Assembly (NCBI GenBank): GCA_044220955.1
Contig: JBGAQA010000027.1
Location: 13,056 to 77,055 of the forward strand
Origin: Sandaracinaceae bacterium
GTDB taxonomy: Bacteria > Myxococcota_A > Polyangia > Polyangiales > Sandaracinaceae
Length of the DNA: 64,000 nt
Reading direction: 5' to 3'
Shown here: in pieces, positions 29,653 through 39,872 of the stretch
Layout of the letters: each line of letters starts with the position of its first letter
Numbering within the stretch: the first letter of the stretch is position 1
Notes under the pieces: model-generated
What the model was told of the DNA's origin: nothing
The model's database searches: none
The model's input: the letters and a program-made list of their open reading frames with translations, nothing else
Translations under genes and position numbers: made by a program

Positions 29653-32463
29653 ATGAGCATCCTCGATCGCGCGGCGCGATTCCTCGATGACGTGCTCCTG
29701 CTCCCGGAGGAGCTGCGCACGCGCGTCGAGCGGGCCGAGCAGGCGCTCGCCGAGGGGCGGGCGGCCGACGCCGAGCGGGGCTTCCGCGCCGCGCTGGAGG
29801 CGCGCCCGGGCCTGCATCGCGCGCAGGTCGGCTGGGCGCGCGCGCTCCTCGGGTCGGGCGAGGTCGAGAGCGCGCGCATCGCCATCGCGGAGGCGCGCCT
29901 GACGGACCCGGAGGATCCGGCGCTCGCGGTTCTGGCCGGTCGCATCGCGCTCGAGGCGGGGGACGTCGCGACCGCGATCGTGGCCTCGCGCGAGGCACTC
30001 CGACGCCTGGCGCCGGACCAGGGCGCGCTCGTCGCCGAGGCCTGCGTCGTGCGCGCGCGTGCCGAGTGGCGTCGGGGACGCCCGGACCGTGCGGTGCGCG
30101 AGCTACGCAAGGCGATCGCCGCCGCGGGCGAGCGCGCGACCGAGCTACCCATCGAGCTGGTCGAGGCGCTCGTCGACGCGGGCGAGGTCTCGCAGGCCGT
30201 GCGGACGGCGCGCGGGCTCGTCTCCCGGGAGCTGTCCGACGTGCTGGCGCGGCGGCTCGGTCTCGCGCTCACGAAGGCAGGGGAGAGCGAGCTCGCCCAG
30301 GCTCTCTTGTCTCGGGCCGCAGCACAGGGTGACACCGAGGCGCTCGCCGCGTCGGCACGCCTGCACGTCGCGCGCGGCGACCTCGAGACCGCGCAGGCGC
30401 AGGCGCGGATGGCGGTGGCGCGGGGCGGCGGCGCCGGGGCGCTCGTGCTCCTGGCCGACGTGCTCGAGCGCTCCGGGCGCGAGGCCGAGGCCGCCGAGGC
30501 GCTCCACACGGCGGCCGCGAGCAGGACGCCGGTCGATCGAGGTCTGCTCGTGCGCGCCGCGTCGCTCGTCCCGCTCACCGACGCTGGCGAGGTCGTGCGC
30601 TACGCGGACGCCCTCTCCGCGCTCGTCCCGCCCGAGCCGCTCGCGGACGCGCTCCGGGCGGCCGCCCTCGTGCTGAGCGGCGATCCCGCGGCGGCCGCGC
30701 TCCTCGAGCGCCACGGGACGACGAGCGCGCGCGCCTCGATCGCCGACGCGCTCACGCTCGTGCGCGGCGGTCGCACGCTCGAGGCCCTCGCCGCCCTCGA
30801 TCGCGCCGAGCTCGATCCCGCCCTGCGTCCGGTCGGCAGCGACCGCGCGCTGCATGCGGCGCTGCGACGCGAGGCCCTGCGCGCGCTCTGGACCCGCAAG
30901 GACGGCGAGGTCGATCTCGCGGCGGCCATCGACGGCGCCTCGACGTTCGCGCGCGAGCGCGGGCTTCCGGATCTCGAGCGGCGTGCGCAAGGCCTGCGCG
31001 ACGAGCTCGATCGGCCGCTCCTGCTCGCCATCCTCGGCGAGTTCAACGCGGGCAAGAGCACGCTCGTCAACGCCATCGTCGGCGCGGACGTCGCGCCCAC
31101 GGGCATCCTGCCGACGACGGCGACGCTGAACCTCCTGCGCGGCGGCGCCGAGCGCCGCGTGCGCGTCGTGCGCAAGGACGGCACCACGCGCGAGGGCAGC
31201 TACGGCGACGTGAAGCTCCTGCTCGCCGACGCCGAGACCGAGGGCGCGATCGTCGATCACGTCGAGATCGTGCTCCCCTCGGAGCTGCTCGAGCGGGTCT
31301 GGATCCTCGACACGCCCGGGAGCAACGCGCCGCACCCCGAGCACGAGGCGCTCGCTCGCGAGGCGCTCCACCGCGCGGACGCGGCCCTCTGGATCTTCGA
31401 CGCGGGCCAGGCGGGCAAGGCGACCGAGGGGCGCGTGCTCGAGAGCATCGTGAAGAGCCGCCGCGAGGTCGTCGCGGCGCTCAACAAGGTCGACCGCCTG
31501 CGCGGCACCGAGCTCGAACAGGTCATCGACGCGCTGGCTCGCGACGTGCCCGCGCTGCGCACCAACGCCCCCGTGGCGCTCTCGGCGCGCGCCGCGTTCA
31601 AGGCCCGCGTCGCCAGCGACGAGGCGGCGCTGCGCCAGAGCGGCTTCTCGGCGCTGATGGACACGCTCGAGCGCGCGGTGTTCTCGCGCTCGCGCGAGCT
31701 GAAGCACCGGGCATGCGCCGGTCGCCTCTCGCAGCTGCTCGACGAGGCCCTGGCGACCGAGCCGGGCGCGCTGGCCGTCTTCGAGGAGCGAGCGCGGGCC
31801 CTCGGCGCGGCCGCCAAGCGCATCGCGGCCACGGAAGGGGCGGTGTCGGCAGACCTGGAGCAGGCGATCGAGGCGATCGAGGCCGGTCAGTCGCAGGCGT
31901 TCGTGGACGCCGCGCGTGAGGTGCTCTCTTTCGTTCGACCGCGGACCAGCCGGCTCGGCACCCATGCCACCGACCCGGAGGACCGCGCGTTTCTGCGGGA
32001 CGCGATCCAGGCGCGCCTCGAGCTCGCCGCGGAGCGTGCCGGCGGCGAGCTCGTCGACGCGATCGTGCGGCGTCTCGACGAGGCCGCGAGCGGGACCGAC
32101 GTGGCGGCGACGGTCCGGCTGCGGGCACGCGCCGCGATAGGGCCCCCGCTCGCGGCGCTCGCCGGTCACCAGGCGGGTCTGCTCGCGGGAGGCGCGCTGC
32201 GGCGCTTCTTCGACGAGATCCTGCCGACGGCGGAGCTCGAGGTCACCGGCATCGCCGAGGCCCTCTCGGCGGCGCGCGCGCACCCGCGGGAGCTGCTGCG
32301 GCCCCCGCTCGAGACCAGCCTCGCCGAGCTGCTCCGCGGGCTCGCCCAGGAGGCGGAGGCCGCCGCCCGCGAGTCACTCGTGCTGCGCGACCGCGAGCGC
32401 TCACGCACCTACACGCCGCTTCGCACGCTGCGCGAGGCGCTCACCGAGCTCATCGGTACCTGA
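29653..32463 (+). CDS. TPR-repeat + dynamin-like GTPase
   Basis: G1 GEFNAGKST, G2 PTT, G3 DTPG, G4 NKVD; helical N-terminal repeats and helical C-terminus. Confidence 0.85.
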   Translation: MSILDRAARFLDDVLLLPEELRTRVERAEQALAEGRAADAERGFRAALEARPGLHRAQVGWARALLGSGEVESARIAIAEARLTDPEDPALAVLAGRIALEAGDVATAIVASREALRRLAPDQGALVAEACVVRARAEWRRGRPDRAVRELRKAIAAAGERATELPIELVEALVDAGEVSQAVRTARGLVSRELSDVLARRLGLALTKAGESELAQALLSRAAAQGDTEALAASARLHVARGDLETAQAQARMAVARGGGAGALVLLADVLERSGREAEAAEALHTAAASRTPVDRGLLVRAASLVPLTDAGEVVRYADALSALVPPEPLADALRAAALVLSGDPAAAALLERHGTTSARASIADALTLVRGGRTLEALAALDRAELDPALRPVGSDRALHAALRREALRALWTRKDGEVDLAAAIDGASTFARERGLPDLERRAQGLRDELDRPLLLAILGEFNAGKSTLVNAIVGADVAPTGILPTTATLNLLRGGAERRVRVVRKDGTTREGSYGDVKLLLADAETEGAIVDHVEIVLPSELLERVWILDTPGSNAPHPEHEALAREALHRADAALWIFDAGQAGKATEGRVLESIVKSRREVVAALNKVDRLRGTELEQVIDALARDVPALRTNAPVALSARAAFKARVASDEAALRQSGFSALMDTLERAVFSRSRELKHRACAGRLSQLLDEALATEPGALAVFEERARALGAAAKRIAATEGAVSADLEQAIEAIEAGQSQAFVDAAREVLSFVRPRTSRLGTHATDPEDRAFLRDAIQARLELAAERAGGELVDAIVRRLDEAASGTDVAATVRLRARAAIGPPLAALAGHQAGLLAGGALRRFFDEILPTAELEVTGIAEALSAARAHPRELLRPPLETSLAELLRGLAQEAEAAARESLVLRDRERSRTYTPLRTLREALTELIGT

Positions 32464-32581
32464 TCGATCGAGCGGCGCGCCACGCGAAGCACTGCGGCCC
32501 GTCACGATCCGATGCAAATACGGTTCCCTTGTCCGGAAGGGATCACTATCATTCAGGTTTAGGTACCCCAGGCAGACACCG

Positions 32582-34078
32582 ATGGAGATCAAGCAGCAGC
32601 TCCGCCAGTCCCAGCAGCTCGTGATGACGCCGCAGCTGCAGCAGGCCATCAAGCTGCTGCAGATGTCGCGCATGGAGCTGGTGGACATGGTCCGCGAGGA
32701 GATGCTCGAGAACCCGATCCTCGAGGACCAGGCCGAGACGGGGGAGGTCTCCCCGGCGCCCGTCGTCGAGAACCAGGTCAACGCCGAGACGCACACGATC
32801 GACGCTGCCGTGGCCCAGGACGACCGGGCGAGCGAGCAGAACGCCTCGGCTTCCGAGAAGAAGGTCGACGAGATCGACTGGGAGCGATACCTCGAGAACC
32901 ACGCGATGCAGGCGCCGATGCCCTCGGGCGGCCGCATGTCGGACGAAGATCTGCCCGGCGTCGAGGCCACGCTCACCAAGCGCGAGGATCTGGTCGAGCA
33001 CCTGGCCTGGCAGATCCGGATGGCCGACTTCAACGACGAGGAGCTGAAGTTCGCCGCCCTCGTCATCGGCAACCTCGACGACAACGGCTACCTGAAGCTC
33101 GACGCGGTGCCTCCCGAGGAGGAGGTCCCCAAGGACCAGATCGTCCCGCGGCTGGCCGCCGAGGCGGGCCTCGACCCCGAGGACGCCGAGGAGGTCCTGA
33201 AGATCATCCAGAAGATGGACCCCATCGGCGTCGGCTCGCGGGACCTGCGCGAGTGCCTGATGGTGCAGGCCGAGCTGCACGGCATGGACCCGCTCGTCAT
33301 CCAGGTGCTGGACCAGCACGTGCCGAACCTCGAGCGGAAGAACTACGCCGCCATCGCGCGTGATCTCAAGGTGGCCGTCGAAGAGATCTACGACGTCGCC
33401 CAGGTGATCGCGGACCTGGAGCCGCGCCCCGGCCGTGACTACGTCTCGGAAGAGCCTCGCTACATCGTGCCGGACGTCTACGTGCTCAAGATGGCCGACA
33501 AGTACGTCGTCCAGGCGAACGACGACGGCATGCCACGCCTCAAGATCAGCGGCTTCTACCGCGCCGCGATGCAGGGCGACCCGAAGGCCAAGGAGTACAT
33601 CCAGACCAAGCTCCGCTCGGCCCAGTGGCTGATCCGCAGCATCGACCAGCGCCGCAAGACGATCGTCCGCGTCACCGAGTGCATCGTGGACAAGCAGCGC
33701 GAGTTCTTCGACCTCGGCATCGAGTACCTCAAGCCGATGATCCTGCGTGACGTCGCCGAGACGGTCGGCATGCACGAGAGCACCATCTCTCGCGTCACGA
33801 GCAACAAGTACGTCGCCACGCCCCGCGGCGTGTTCGAGCTGAAGTACTTCTTCAACTCGGCCATCCGTCGCGAGACGCAGGAGGACATCGCCTCCGAGAG
33901 CGTGAAGCAGGCGATCAAGAAGATCATCTCGGAGGAGGACACCTCCGATCCACACAGTGATCAGAAGATCGTGGAGATCCTCGCCCAGCAGGACATCGTG
34001 ATCGCGCGGCGCACCGTCGCGAAGTACCGCGAGATGCTCGGCATCCTCAGCTCGGGTAAGCGCAAGAAATACTTCTAA
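32582..34078 (+). CDS. rpoN: RNA polymerase sigma-54 factor
   Basis: QLVMTPQLQQAIKLLQ, HESTISRVT, RpoN box ARRTVAKYRE. Confidence 0.98.
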   Translation: MEIKQQLRQSQQLVMTPQLQQAIKLLQMSRMELVDMVREEMLENPILEDQAETGEVSPAPVVENQVNAETHTIDAAVAQDDRASEQNASASEKKVDEIDWERYLENHAMQAPMPSGGRMSDEDLPGVEATLTKREDLVEHLAWQIRMADFNDEELKFAALVIGNLDDNGYLKLDAVPPEEEVPKDQIVPRLAAEAGLDPEDAEEVLKIIQKMDPIGVGSRDLRECLMVQAELHGMDPLVIQVLDQHVPNLERKNYAAIARDLKVAVEEIYDVAQVIADLEPRPGRDYVSEEPRYIVPDVYVLKMADKYVVQANDDGMPRLKISGFYRAAMQGDPKAKEYIQTKLRSAQWLIRSIDQRRKTIVRVTECIVDKQREFFDLGIEYLKPMILRDVAETVGMHESTISRVTSNKYVATPRGVFELKYFFNSAIRRETQEDIASESVKQAIKKIISEEDTSDPHSDQKIVEILAQQDIVIARRTVAKYREMLGILSSGKRKKYF

Positions 34079-34119
34079 CGATCCAGCGAAGATCCATTCA
34101 CCAGAAAGGGAGAGCGCAT

Positions 34120-34476
34120 ATGGAGGTCGCGTTCACGTTCCGCAACGTCGAGTCGTCCGAGGGCGTCAAGACGTATGCGAAGGACAAGCTCGCGCGTCTT
34201 CAGAAGTACGTCCGCTCGCCGATCATGGCCGACGTGGTCCTGTCGCACGAGCGGCACCTGCACAAGGTCGAGATCTCCGTCCGGTCGGACGCCGGGCGCT
34301 ACGCGGGACTGCACGAGTCCGAGGACATGTACGCCAGCATCGATCTGGTGATCGACAAGCTCGACCGCCAGCTCCGCGACCACAGCGATCGCAACGCCAC
34401 CGACCGCAAGAAGCACTCGGGCGGCGTGACGCAGCTCAGCGGCAAGAGCGATCGCTTCGGAAGCAACGAGCGCTAG
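34120..34476 (+). CDS. hpf: Ribosome hibernation promoting factor (HPF/RaiA)
   Basis: FTFRN, EDMYASIDLVIDKLDRQLR; position after rpoN. Confidence 0.93.
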   Translation: MEVAFTFRNVESSEGVKTYAKDKLARLQKYVRSPIMADVVLSHERHLHKVEISVRSDAGRYAGLHESEDMYASIDLVIDKLDRQLRDHSDRNATDRKKHSGGVTQLSGKSDRFGSNER

Positions 34477-34508
34477 CCGGACTTCGGGCGGGGGCTGGAA
34501 CGGAACCG

Positions 34509-34973
34509 ATGAAGCTGTCGGAGATCCTCACTCTCGAACGCATCGACACTCACCTCGACGCCCAGGACAAGCCGGACGTGCTCCGGGCGTTGTCCCGGCT
34601 GATCGTGCGCGAGGCCGCGGGCGCGACCGAGTCGCCGGCCGAGATCGAGAAGGTGCTCGACGAGCGCGAGAAGCTCGCCTCGACGGGGATCGGAGACGGC
34701 GTCGCCATCCCGCACGGGCGCGTGGCGGGTCTCGACCACTTCGTCGCGGCGCTCGCGATCCGCCGCGAGGGCGTGCCCTTCGATGCCATCGACGGGCGGC
34801 CGGCGTCCATCTTCTTCGCGGTCGTCGGTCCCGAGCGCGCGGCCGGCGAGCACCTCAAGTGCCTCGCGCGCATCGGCCGCGTGCTCCGCGACGACGCAGT
34901 GCGCTCGCGCCTGCTCTCTGCGACCGGACCGGCGGACGCCCTCGCGATCGTGACCAGCGCCGACGGTCCCTGA
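34509..34973 (+). CDS. ptsN: PTS IIA nitrogen-regulatory-like protein
   Basis: EREKLASTGIGDGVAIPHG, FDAIDG, HLKCLARI. Confidence 0.92.
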   Translation: MKLSEILTLERIDTHLDAQDKPDVLRALSRLIVREAAGATESPAEIEKVLDEREKLASTGIGDGVAIPHGRVAGLDHFVAALAIRREGVPFDAIDGRPASIFFAVVGPERAAGEHLKCLARIGRVLRDDAVRSRLLSATGPADALAIVTSADGP

Positions 34974-34997
34974 CCCGATCCAGGGCGATCGGCGGGG

Positions 34998-35855
34998 TCA
35001 GCGTCGCATCGGGAGCCCGAGCGCGCGCAGCGTCTCGGCGAGCGTGCGCGCCGGCACGTCGTGGTGCGGGACGCGGATGCGCGCTCCGACGACGAGCCTC
35101 GGTCCGGGCGGCGGGAAGCCCGCCGGCCACGCGGTGGGCGCGAAGACGGCCTCGGGCGCTCGCCGCCGCGCGTCCGCGAGCAGCGCCTCCGTCCGCGTCC
35201 ACGTGCGCCCGCCCGTCGCGAGCGAGACGAGGGTGCGCGGCCGTCCCTCGGTCCCCCCCGCGGCCCAGTCGAGGAAGGCGGGCCCGCCCGAGTAGAGCGC
35301 GTCGAAGAGCACGACGTTGCGGACCTCGATCCCGCCGTGGCGCAGGATCGCGAGCGTCGTCTCGAAGGCGGCGCTGTGCGCCGCGATGGTGATGCTCGCG
35401 ACGGTCCGATGCGTGAGCGTCGCACCCAGCACCGGAGCGAGCGCCGCGAGCGACTCGTCGATCATGCGCGCCGCCTCGCCGGCGATCGTCAGGCGCTGAG
35501 GGGATCCGTCGCGCGCCCGCCACGCGAGCTGCGGGATGAGGAGCACGCTGCGCGTCCCGGCGGCCTCGTGCGCGTCGGCCCAGCCGAAGCCCGGCTCTGC
35601 GCGGTCCCGCGGACGACACTGCGCGTCCGGGGCATGGCTGGCCAGCACGCGGGCGCAGCCGGAGTAGCCGTGCAGCATGACGACCAGGGCGACCGGGCCG
35701 CTCGCGTCGAGACCCTCGGGAACGTGCGCGATCGCCTCGGGCGCGTCTTGCCGGATCGTCGCGCCGTGCGCGAGGTCGAGCTCGATGGTGCGCCCCTGCG
35801 CTCCGGCCGGGGCCGCTGCCGCGAGCACGAGCAGCGCGAGCGCCGCGTGCCTCAC
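34998..35855 (-). CDS. Secreted alpha/beta-hydrolase-like hypothetical protein
   Basis: GTG overlaps the upstream stop; signal peptide; LHGY, AHSAA, LFDALY, C-terminal HH. Confidence 0.7.
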   Translation of the reverse strand: MRHAALALLVLAAAAPAGAQGRTIELDLAHGATIRQDAPEAIAHVPEGLDASGPVALVVMLHGYSGCARVLASHAPDAQCRPRDRAEPGFGWADAHEAAGTRSVLLIPQLAWRARDGSPQRLTIAGEAARMIDESLAALAPVLGATLTHRTVASITIAAHSAAFETTLAILRHGGIEVRNVVLFDALYSGGPAFLDWAAGGTEGRPRTLVSLATGGRTWTRTEALLADARRRAPEAVFAPTAWPAGFPPPGPRLVVGARIRVPHHDVPARTLAETLRALGLPMRR

Positions 35856-36778
35856 GCCGAGACGACGCGCTGGATGCCCTCGAGCCGTTGGAGCAGGAAG
35901 CGCTCGTTCGGTCCGAGCTCGGCCTCCCTCTCGCGCATCTTGTCGAGGTAGCGGCGCATCGGCGCGCTGCCCGGATAGCGCAGCTTCCGCACGATCTCGT
36001 GGAGCTTCTCGATCTCGTCGCCTCCGAGCAGCTTGCCCGTGGCCTCGTGCACGTCGAAGACCCAGTCGATCCAGAGGTTCTTCTTCGTGCCCTCGGCGAG
36101 GCGCAGCGCGTACTTCGTGGCCTCGCTGAGCCGCGCGGGCAGCATCGCCTGGCCCGCCTTGGCGCGGGTCAGCATGTCGGCGAGCAGGCGCGAGAGGACC
36201 CGCTCTGCCTCGTCGTAGCGACCGAGCGCGAGCGCCTTGTCGGCGATGCTCGCGAGCAGCTGCTGCGACGCGGTCGACTCCTCCTCGACCCTGGCGGTGG
36301 GGGGCGGCGCGCTCGAGGGGGCCGTCTCGCGCGGTACGAGGCCGAGCGCCCCGAGCCCCTCGACGTTGCTCAGCGTCATCCCGACGAGCGTGGGGCTCCC
36401 ACGGTGGATCGAGGCGCCGCACTTGAGACAGTTCGAGGCGCTCGGCGCGTTGGCCGTGCCGCAGTTGTCGCAACGCGACATCGACTCGCCACGGTCGGAC
36501 ACTTCGACCAGCACCATGTCGTGCGAGCCCACCGTCACGCGGTCGAGGTGCGAGAGGCGCGTCGGGCCCGGGATGCGGTTGCCGTTCACCACCACGCCGT
36601 TGCGGCTGCCGAGATCCTCGACCCAGACCCCGTCGCTCTTGTTGGTGATCGTGGCGTGCCGGCGCGAGACGAGCGCGTCGTCGAGCGAGAGGTTGCAGGT
36701 CGAGCTGCGCCCGATGACGAAGGCCCCGGGCGGAAGCTCGAGGTCCGAGCCCTGGTAGCGCAACCGATAGCGCGGCAC
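35852..36778 (-). CDS. FHA domain protein with Zn ribbon
   Basis: IGRS..C.L.LDD.LVSRRHA, EDLGSRNG; CDNC/CLKC. Confidence 0.88.
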   Translation of the reverse strand: MPRYRLRYQGSDLELPPGAFVIGRSSTCNLSLDDALVSRRHATITNKSDGVWVEDLGSRNGVVVNGNRIPGPTRLSHLDRVTVGSHDMVLVEVSDRGESMSRCDNCGTANAPSASNCLKCGASIHRGSPTLVGMTLSNVEGLGALGLVPRETAPSSAPPPTARVEEESTASQQLLASIADKALALGRYDEAERVLSRLLADMLTRAKAGQAMLPARLSEATKYALRLAEGTKKNLWIDWVFDVHEATGKLLGGDEIEKLHEIVRKLRYPGSAPMRRYLDKMREREAELGPNERFLLQRLEGIQRVVSA

Positions 36779-36884
36779 GACGGGCCGATCATAGTCCACC
36801 CACGATCGGCGGGCCCCAAAAAAGCCTACGCCCCCGGTCGCATGAGCGGCCCGGGGGCGTCGTGCCGGTCTGCCGTGCCCGCGC

Positions 36885-38327
36885 TCAGAAGGCCGTGACT
36901 TCCTGCAGGCTCGCGATGTCACCCAGGGACGTGGTGAGGCGCCCCTGGACCTCGATGGTCCCCGTCATCAGCGTGCGGGTCTCGGTCAGGGCCTGGACGT
37001 ACGTACGGAACGAGCCGAGCCGTTCGCCGAGCACGCCTGCGCTGTTGCCGCCGTTGATGACGATCGCGTGGGTCGCCGTGGCGGTGACGGGCGTCTCGGG
37101 CGTCCACAGCTCGACGGGCGTGCCGGCGTCGCCCGGCGCGAGGTGCATCAAGATGTGGCCCGTCGGCTCGTGCGACGTCGCGTCGAGCTCGGGCTCGGCC
37201 ATCCGTACCGCGCCTCTCACGGCGCCATCGGCGCCGGTCGAGAGGGCGGCGACGTACTGGGCCTGCGCGGCCGTGGCCGTGGCCTCGGCGGCAGCCTGGA
37301 TCGCAGCACGCGCCGACGCCTGGTCGTGGCCGCGCGAGATGGGGCAGATGGCGACGGCGGCGAACGCGTCGACCGACGGGCGCTCGGCGGGCCCGGCAGC
37401 GATGACGCTGAGCCGCTGGAACTGCCGCCAGAGCTCGTGGATGTTGCTGTAGTACGTGAAGAGGTCGTCGACCGCGCCCGGCTGGAACGCGTTGTAGTAG
37501 CGATCGGAGAAGGCCGACGCGGGCAGCGGGTTGGGCATCGCCGTCAGCGCGTCGATCTCCTCGTAGTTCACCGAGGGGTGGCCCGTGGCCCCGCCGCCGG
37601 CCGAGGTCGCGATGGCCTCGATGTGTCCCTGCGCCTCGAGCACGGCGCGGCTGGCCGTGTCGACGGCGGCGTAGATGGCGTGACCGTCGGTGACGGTCTC
37701 GTTGTAGAGCCTGCGGCGCCCGTTCATCGTGCCGACTCCCGCGCCGAGCGACGCGCCGACGAGGAGCGATGCCGCCACGACGAGGAAGACGCGTCCCGTC
37801 TGCCGGCGGCCGACCTCCGCGTCGTCGACCGGCCCCTTGTCGTCGATGACGAGGCGGACCTCCTGGGGCTGCACCGCGGCCGCGGCGAAGGGATCGACCG
37901 CGCGCTTCTTCGGCTCCGGCTTCGCTGGCTCCGCCGGACGTGCGAAGGGCGGTGGTGCGATGTCCGCGCCACCGAACGGCGTCCGGCCGGCGGGTCCTCC
38001 GATCGGAGGCGCAGCGATCGGAGGCGCGGCGATCGGAGGCGCGGCGATCGGAGGCGCAGCGATCGGAGGCGCGGCGATCGCGGTCGCCGCGTCGGGCGCC
38101 GCGACCGGAGGCGCGGCGGCCGGCGGTGCGGCGAGCTCACCCGGGGTGCTGGCGGCCGGCTTCGCGGCCACCGGCGGTGGCGTCGCGGCCGCAGGCGCCT
38201 TCGGCGCGCCGGCGGGCGGTGCGATGATGCCGCCGGGGGCCGCGATCGGCGGCGCGCCGGGCGTCTGGGGGGAGATCGTGCGCCCGAGGCGCGCGCGCAG
38301 GTCCTTCTTGGGCTTCTGGTCCGACAT
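36885..38327 (-). CDS. Pro-rich bitopic membrane hypothetical protein (paralogue 2)
   Basis: MSDQKPKKDLRARLGRTI, Pro/Ala linker, one TM, C-terminal domain; ATG overlaps the upstream TGA. Confidence 0.85.
   Translation of the reverse strand: MSDQKPKKDLRARLGRTISPQTPGAPPIAAPGGIIAPPAGAPKAPAAATPPPVAAKPAASTPGELAAPPAAAPPVAAPDAATAIAAPPIAAPPIAAPPIAAPPIAAPPIGGPAGRTPFGGADIAPPPFARPAEPAKPEPKKRAVDPFAAAAVQPQEVRLVIDDKGPVDDAEVGRRQTGRVFLVVAASLLVGASLGAGVGTMNGRRRLYNETVTDGHAIYAAVDTASRAVLEAQGHIEAIATSAGGGATGHPSVNYEEIDALTAMPNPLPASAFSDRYYNAFQPGAVDDLFTYYSNIHELWRQFQRLSVIAAGPAERPSVDAFAAVAICPISRGHDQASARAAIQAAAEATATAAQAQYVAALSTGADGAVRGAVRMAEPELDATSHEPTGHILMHLAPGDAGTPVELWTPETPVTATATHAIVINGGNSAGVLGERLGSFRTYVQALTETRTLMTGTIEVQGRLTTSLGDIASLQEVTAF
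38001..38080. repeat. 15-bp tandem repeat x5 encoding (IAAPP)n
   Basis: GATCGGAGGCGC(A/G)GC units. Confidence 0.9.
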
Positions 38328-39667
38328 CAGAATGCGAGCTCTTCTTGGATGTTGTGGATCTCGCCGAGCGCGGCCAGGAGGCGCTCCTGGATCGCGATGG
38401 TGTCTCTCATCAGCGTCCGCGTCTCCTCCAGGGACTGAGCGAACGAGCGGAACGCGCCGATGCGATCCCCGAGGACCGCGGTGCTGGCGGGACCGTCGAT
38501 CGGGACGACGTGCTGCGCCACGGGCGAGCCCGGCGTCCACGTGTCGAACGGGCGCCCCGGGCCCGCTCGACCGGCGCGCATGAAGGTGCGGCCCGTCGGC
38601 TGGTGCGTCGTCGCGTCGAGATCCTGCTCGGCGAAGCCGAGCGAGCCCTGGATCGTACCGTCGTCGGCCGTGTCCAGGAGGGCCACGTACTGCGCGTTGG
38701 CGCTGTCCGGCGTCGCCGCCAGCGCCGCCTGGATCGCCGCCGTCGCCGAGCCGTCGTCGTGACCGAGGTCGGCCGGACACACGGTCGCGGCGGCCGTCGA
38801 GTCGAGCGTCGCCCGGCGCGCGGGGCCCGACGTGATCGCGTTGAGGCGGGTGAAGTCGTCCCAGAGCTCGTGGATGTTGTGGTCGTAGTTGAAGAGGTCG
38901 TCGACCGTCGCGGGATCGAACCGGTTGTAGTTCTTGCGCGAGAAGGCGCCCGCGTGGAGTGGGTTCTCGAGCGCGGTCAGCAGCGCGATCTCGTCGTAGT
39001 TCACCGTCGGGTGGTGATCTGCGCCGCCGCCCGAGGCCGCCGTGGAGATCGCCTCGACGTGCTGCTGCGCCTCGAGCACCACGTGGCTCGCCGTCTCGAC
39101 GACGTCGTGAACGTCGTGTCCGTCCCGCACGGTGATGTTGTAGAGCGTCCGGCTCCCGTTGACGGTGCCGCCGACCGCGCCGAGCACCAGGCCGACGGCG
39201 ATCGAGACGGCGATCACCGCGGCATTGCGGCTTCGGCCGCGGCGCGCGGCGCCCTCGTCGGCTGGCTTCTCGTCGAAGACGAGGCGGACCTGATCGGAGG
39301 TGGCCGGGCCAGCGGCGAACGGATCGGCGGAGCGCTTGCGCGGCTCGGGCTTCGGCGCCTCCGCGGCGGCGGGCCGCGCGAACGGCGGCGGCGCGATGTC
39401 GGGGCCGAACGGCATCCGGCTCGCGGGTGCGGCCGGCGGCGGCGCGACCACGGGCGGCGCGACCGGCGGCGCGACGACGGCCGGCGCCGCGACCTCACCG
39501 GGCGAGCTGGCCGCTGCCGGTGCGGCCGGCGCGCTCGCAGGCGCCGCTGCCGGCGGCGCGATCACGTTGCCGGGCGCCGTGATCGGCGGCGCGCCCGGCG
39601 TGTTCGGCGCGATCGTGCGGCCGAGGCGCGCACGAAGGTCCTTCTTGGGCTTCTTGTCTTCGGACAT
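38327..39667 (-). CDS. Pro-rich bitopic membrane hypothetical protein (paralogue 1)
   Basis: MSEDKKPKKDLRARLGRTI; colinear similarity with the downstream gene. Confidence 0.85.
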   Translation of the reverse strand: MSEDKKPKKDLRARLGRTIAPNTPGAPPITAPGNVIAPPAAAPASAPAAPAAASSPGEVAAPAVVAPPVAPPVVAPPPAAPASRMPFGPDIAPPPFARPAAAEAPKPEPRKRSADPFAAGPATSDQVRLVFDEKPADEGAARRGRSRNAAVIAVSIAVGLVLGAVGGTVNGSRTLYNITVRDGHDVHDVVETASHVVLEAQQHVEAISTAASGGGADHHPTVNYDEIALLTALENPLHAGAFSRKNYNRFDPATVDDLFNYDHNIHELWDDFTRLNAITSGPARRATLDSTAAATVCPADLGHDDGSATAAIQAALAATPDSANAQYVALLDTADDGTIQGSLGFAEQDLDATTHQPTGRTFMRAGRAGPGRPFDTWTPGSPVAQHVVPIDGPASTAVLGDRIGAFRSFAQSLEETRTLMRDTIAIQERLLAALGEIHNIQEELAF

Positions 39668-39760
39668 TCTCTCTCTTCTCGTACCGTGTCGGGCCCGCGG
39701 GTGAAGCTTGCGGTGGAGCGGAATCCATCTGGAATTCCGCGCCAGACTCGAAGCCGCCGA

Positions 39761-39790
39761 ACGGTATCCACCTGGCCCGAGGGGTGTCAA
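39761..39790 (-). promoter_or_regulatory. Sigma70-type promoter of the paralogue pair
   Basis: TTGACA (39790-39785), 18-bp spacer, TACCGT; 5'-UTR hairpin GCGGAAT/ATTCCGC at 39718-39740. Confidence 0.6.
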
Positions 39791-39872
39791 TGGGGAACCC
39801 CCGGAAAGCCGCGACCGACCGCCCGCACGAGGCGCCCATCTCCGACCTTTGCGCGGGGTATGCTCCCGCGCC

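Noticed and set aside
34971..35000. Hairpins between convergent genes (also 57781-57807 and the 12-bp stem at 60475-60505)
   Set aside because: No U-tracts; they could be terminators but the support is too weak to call
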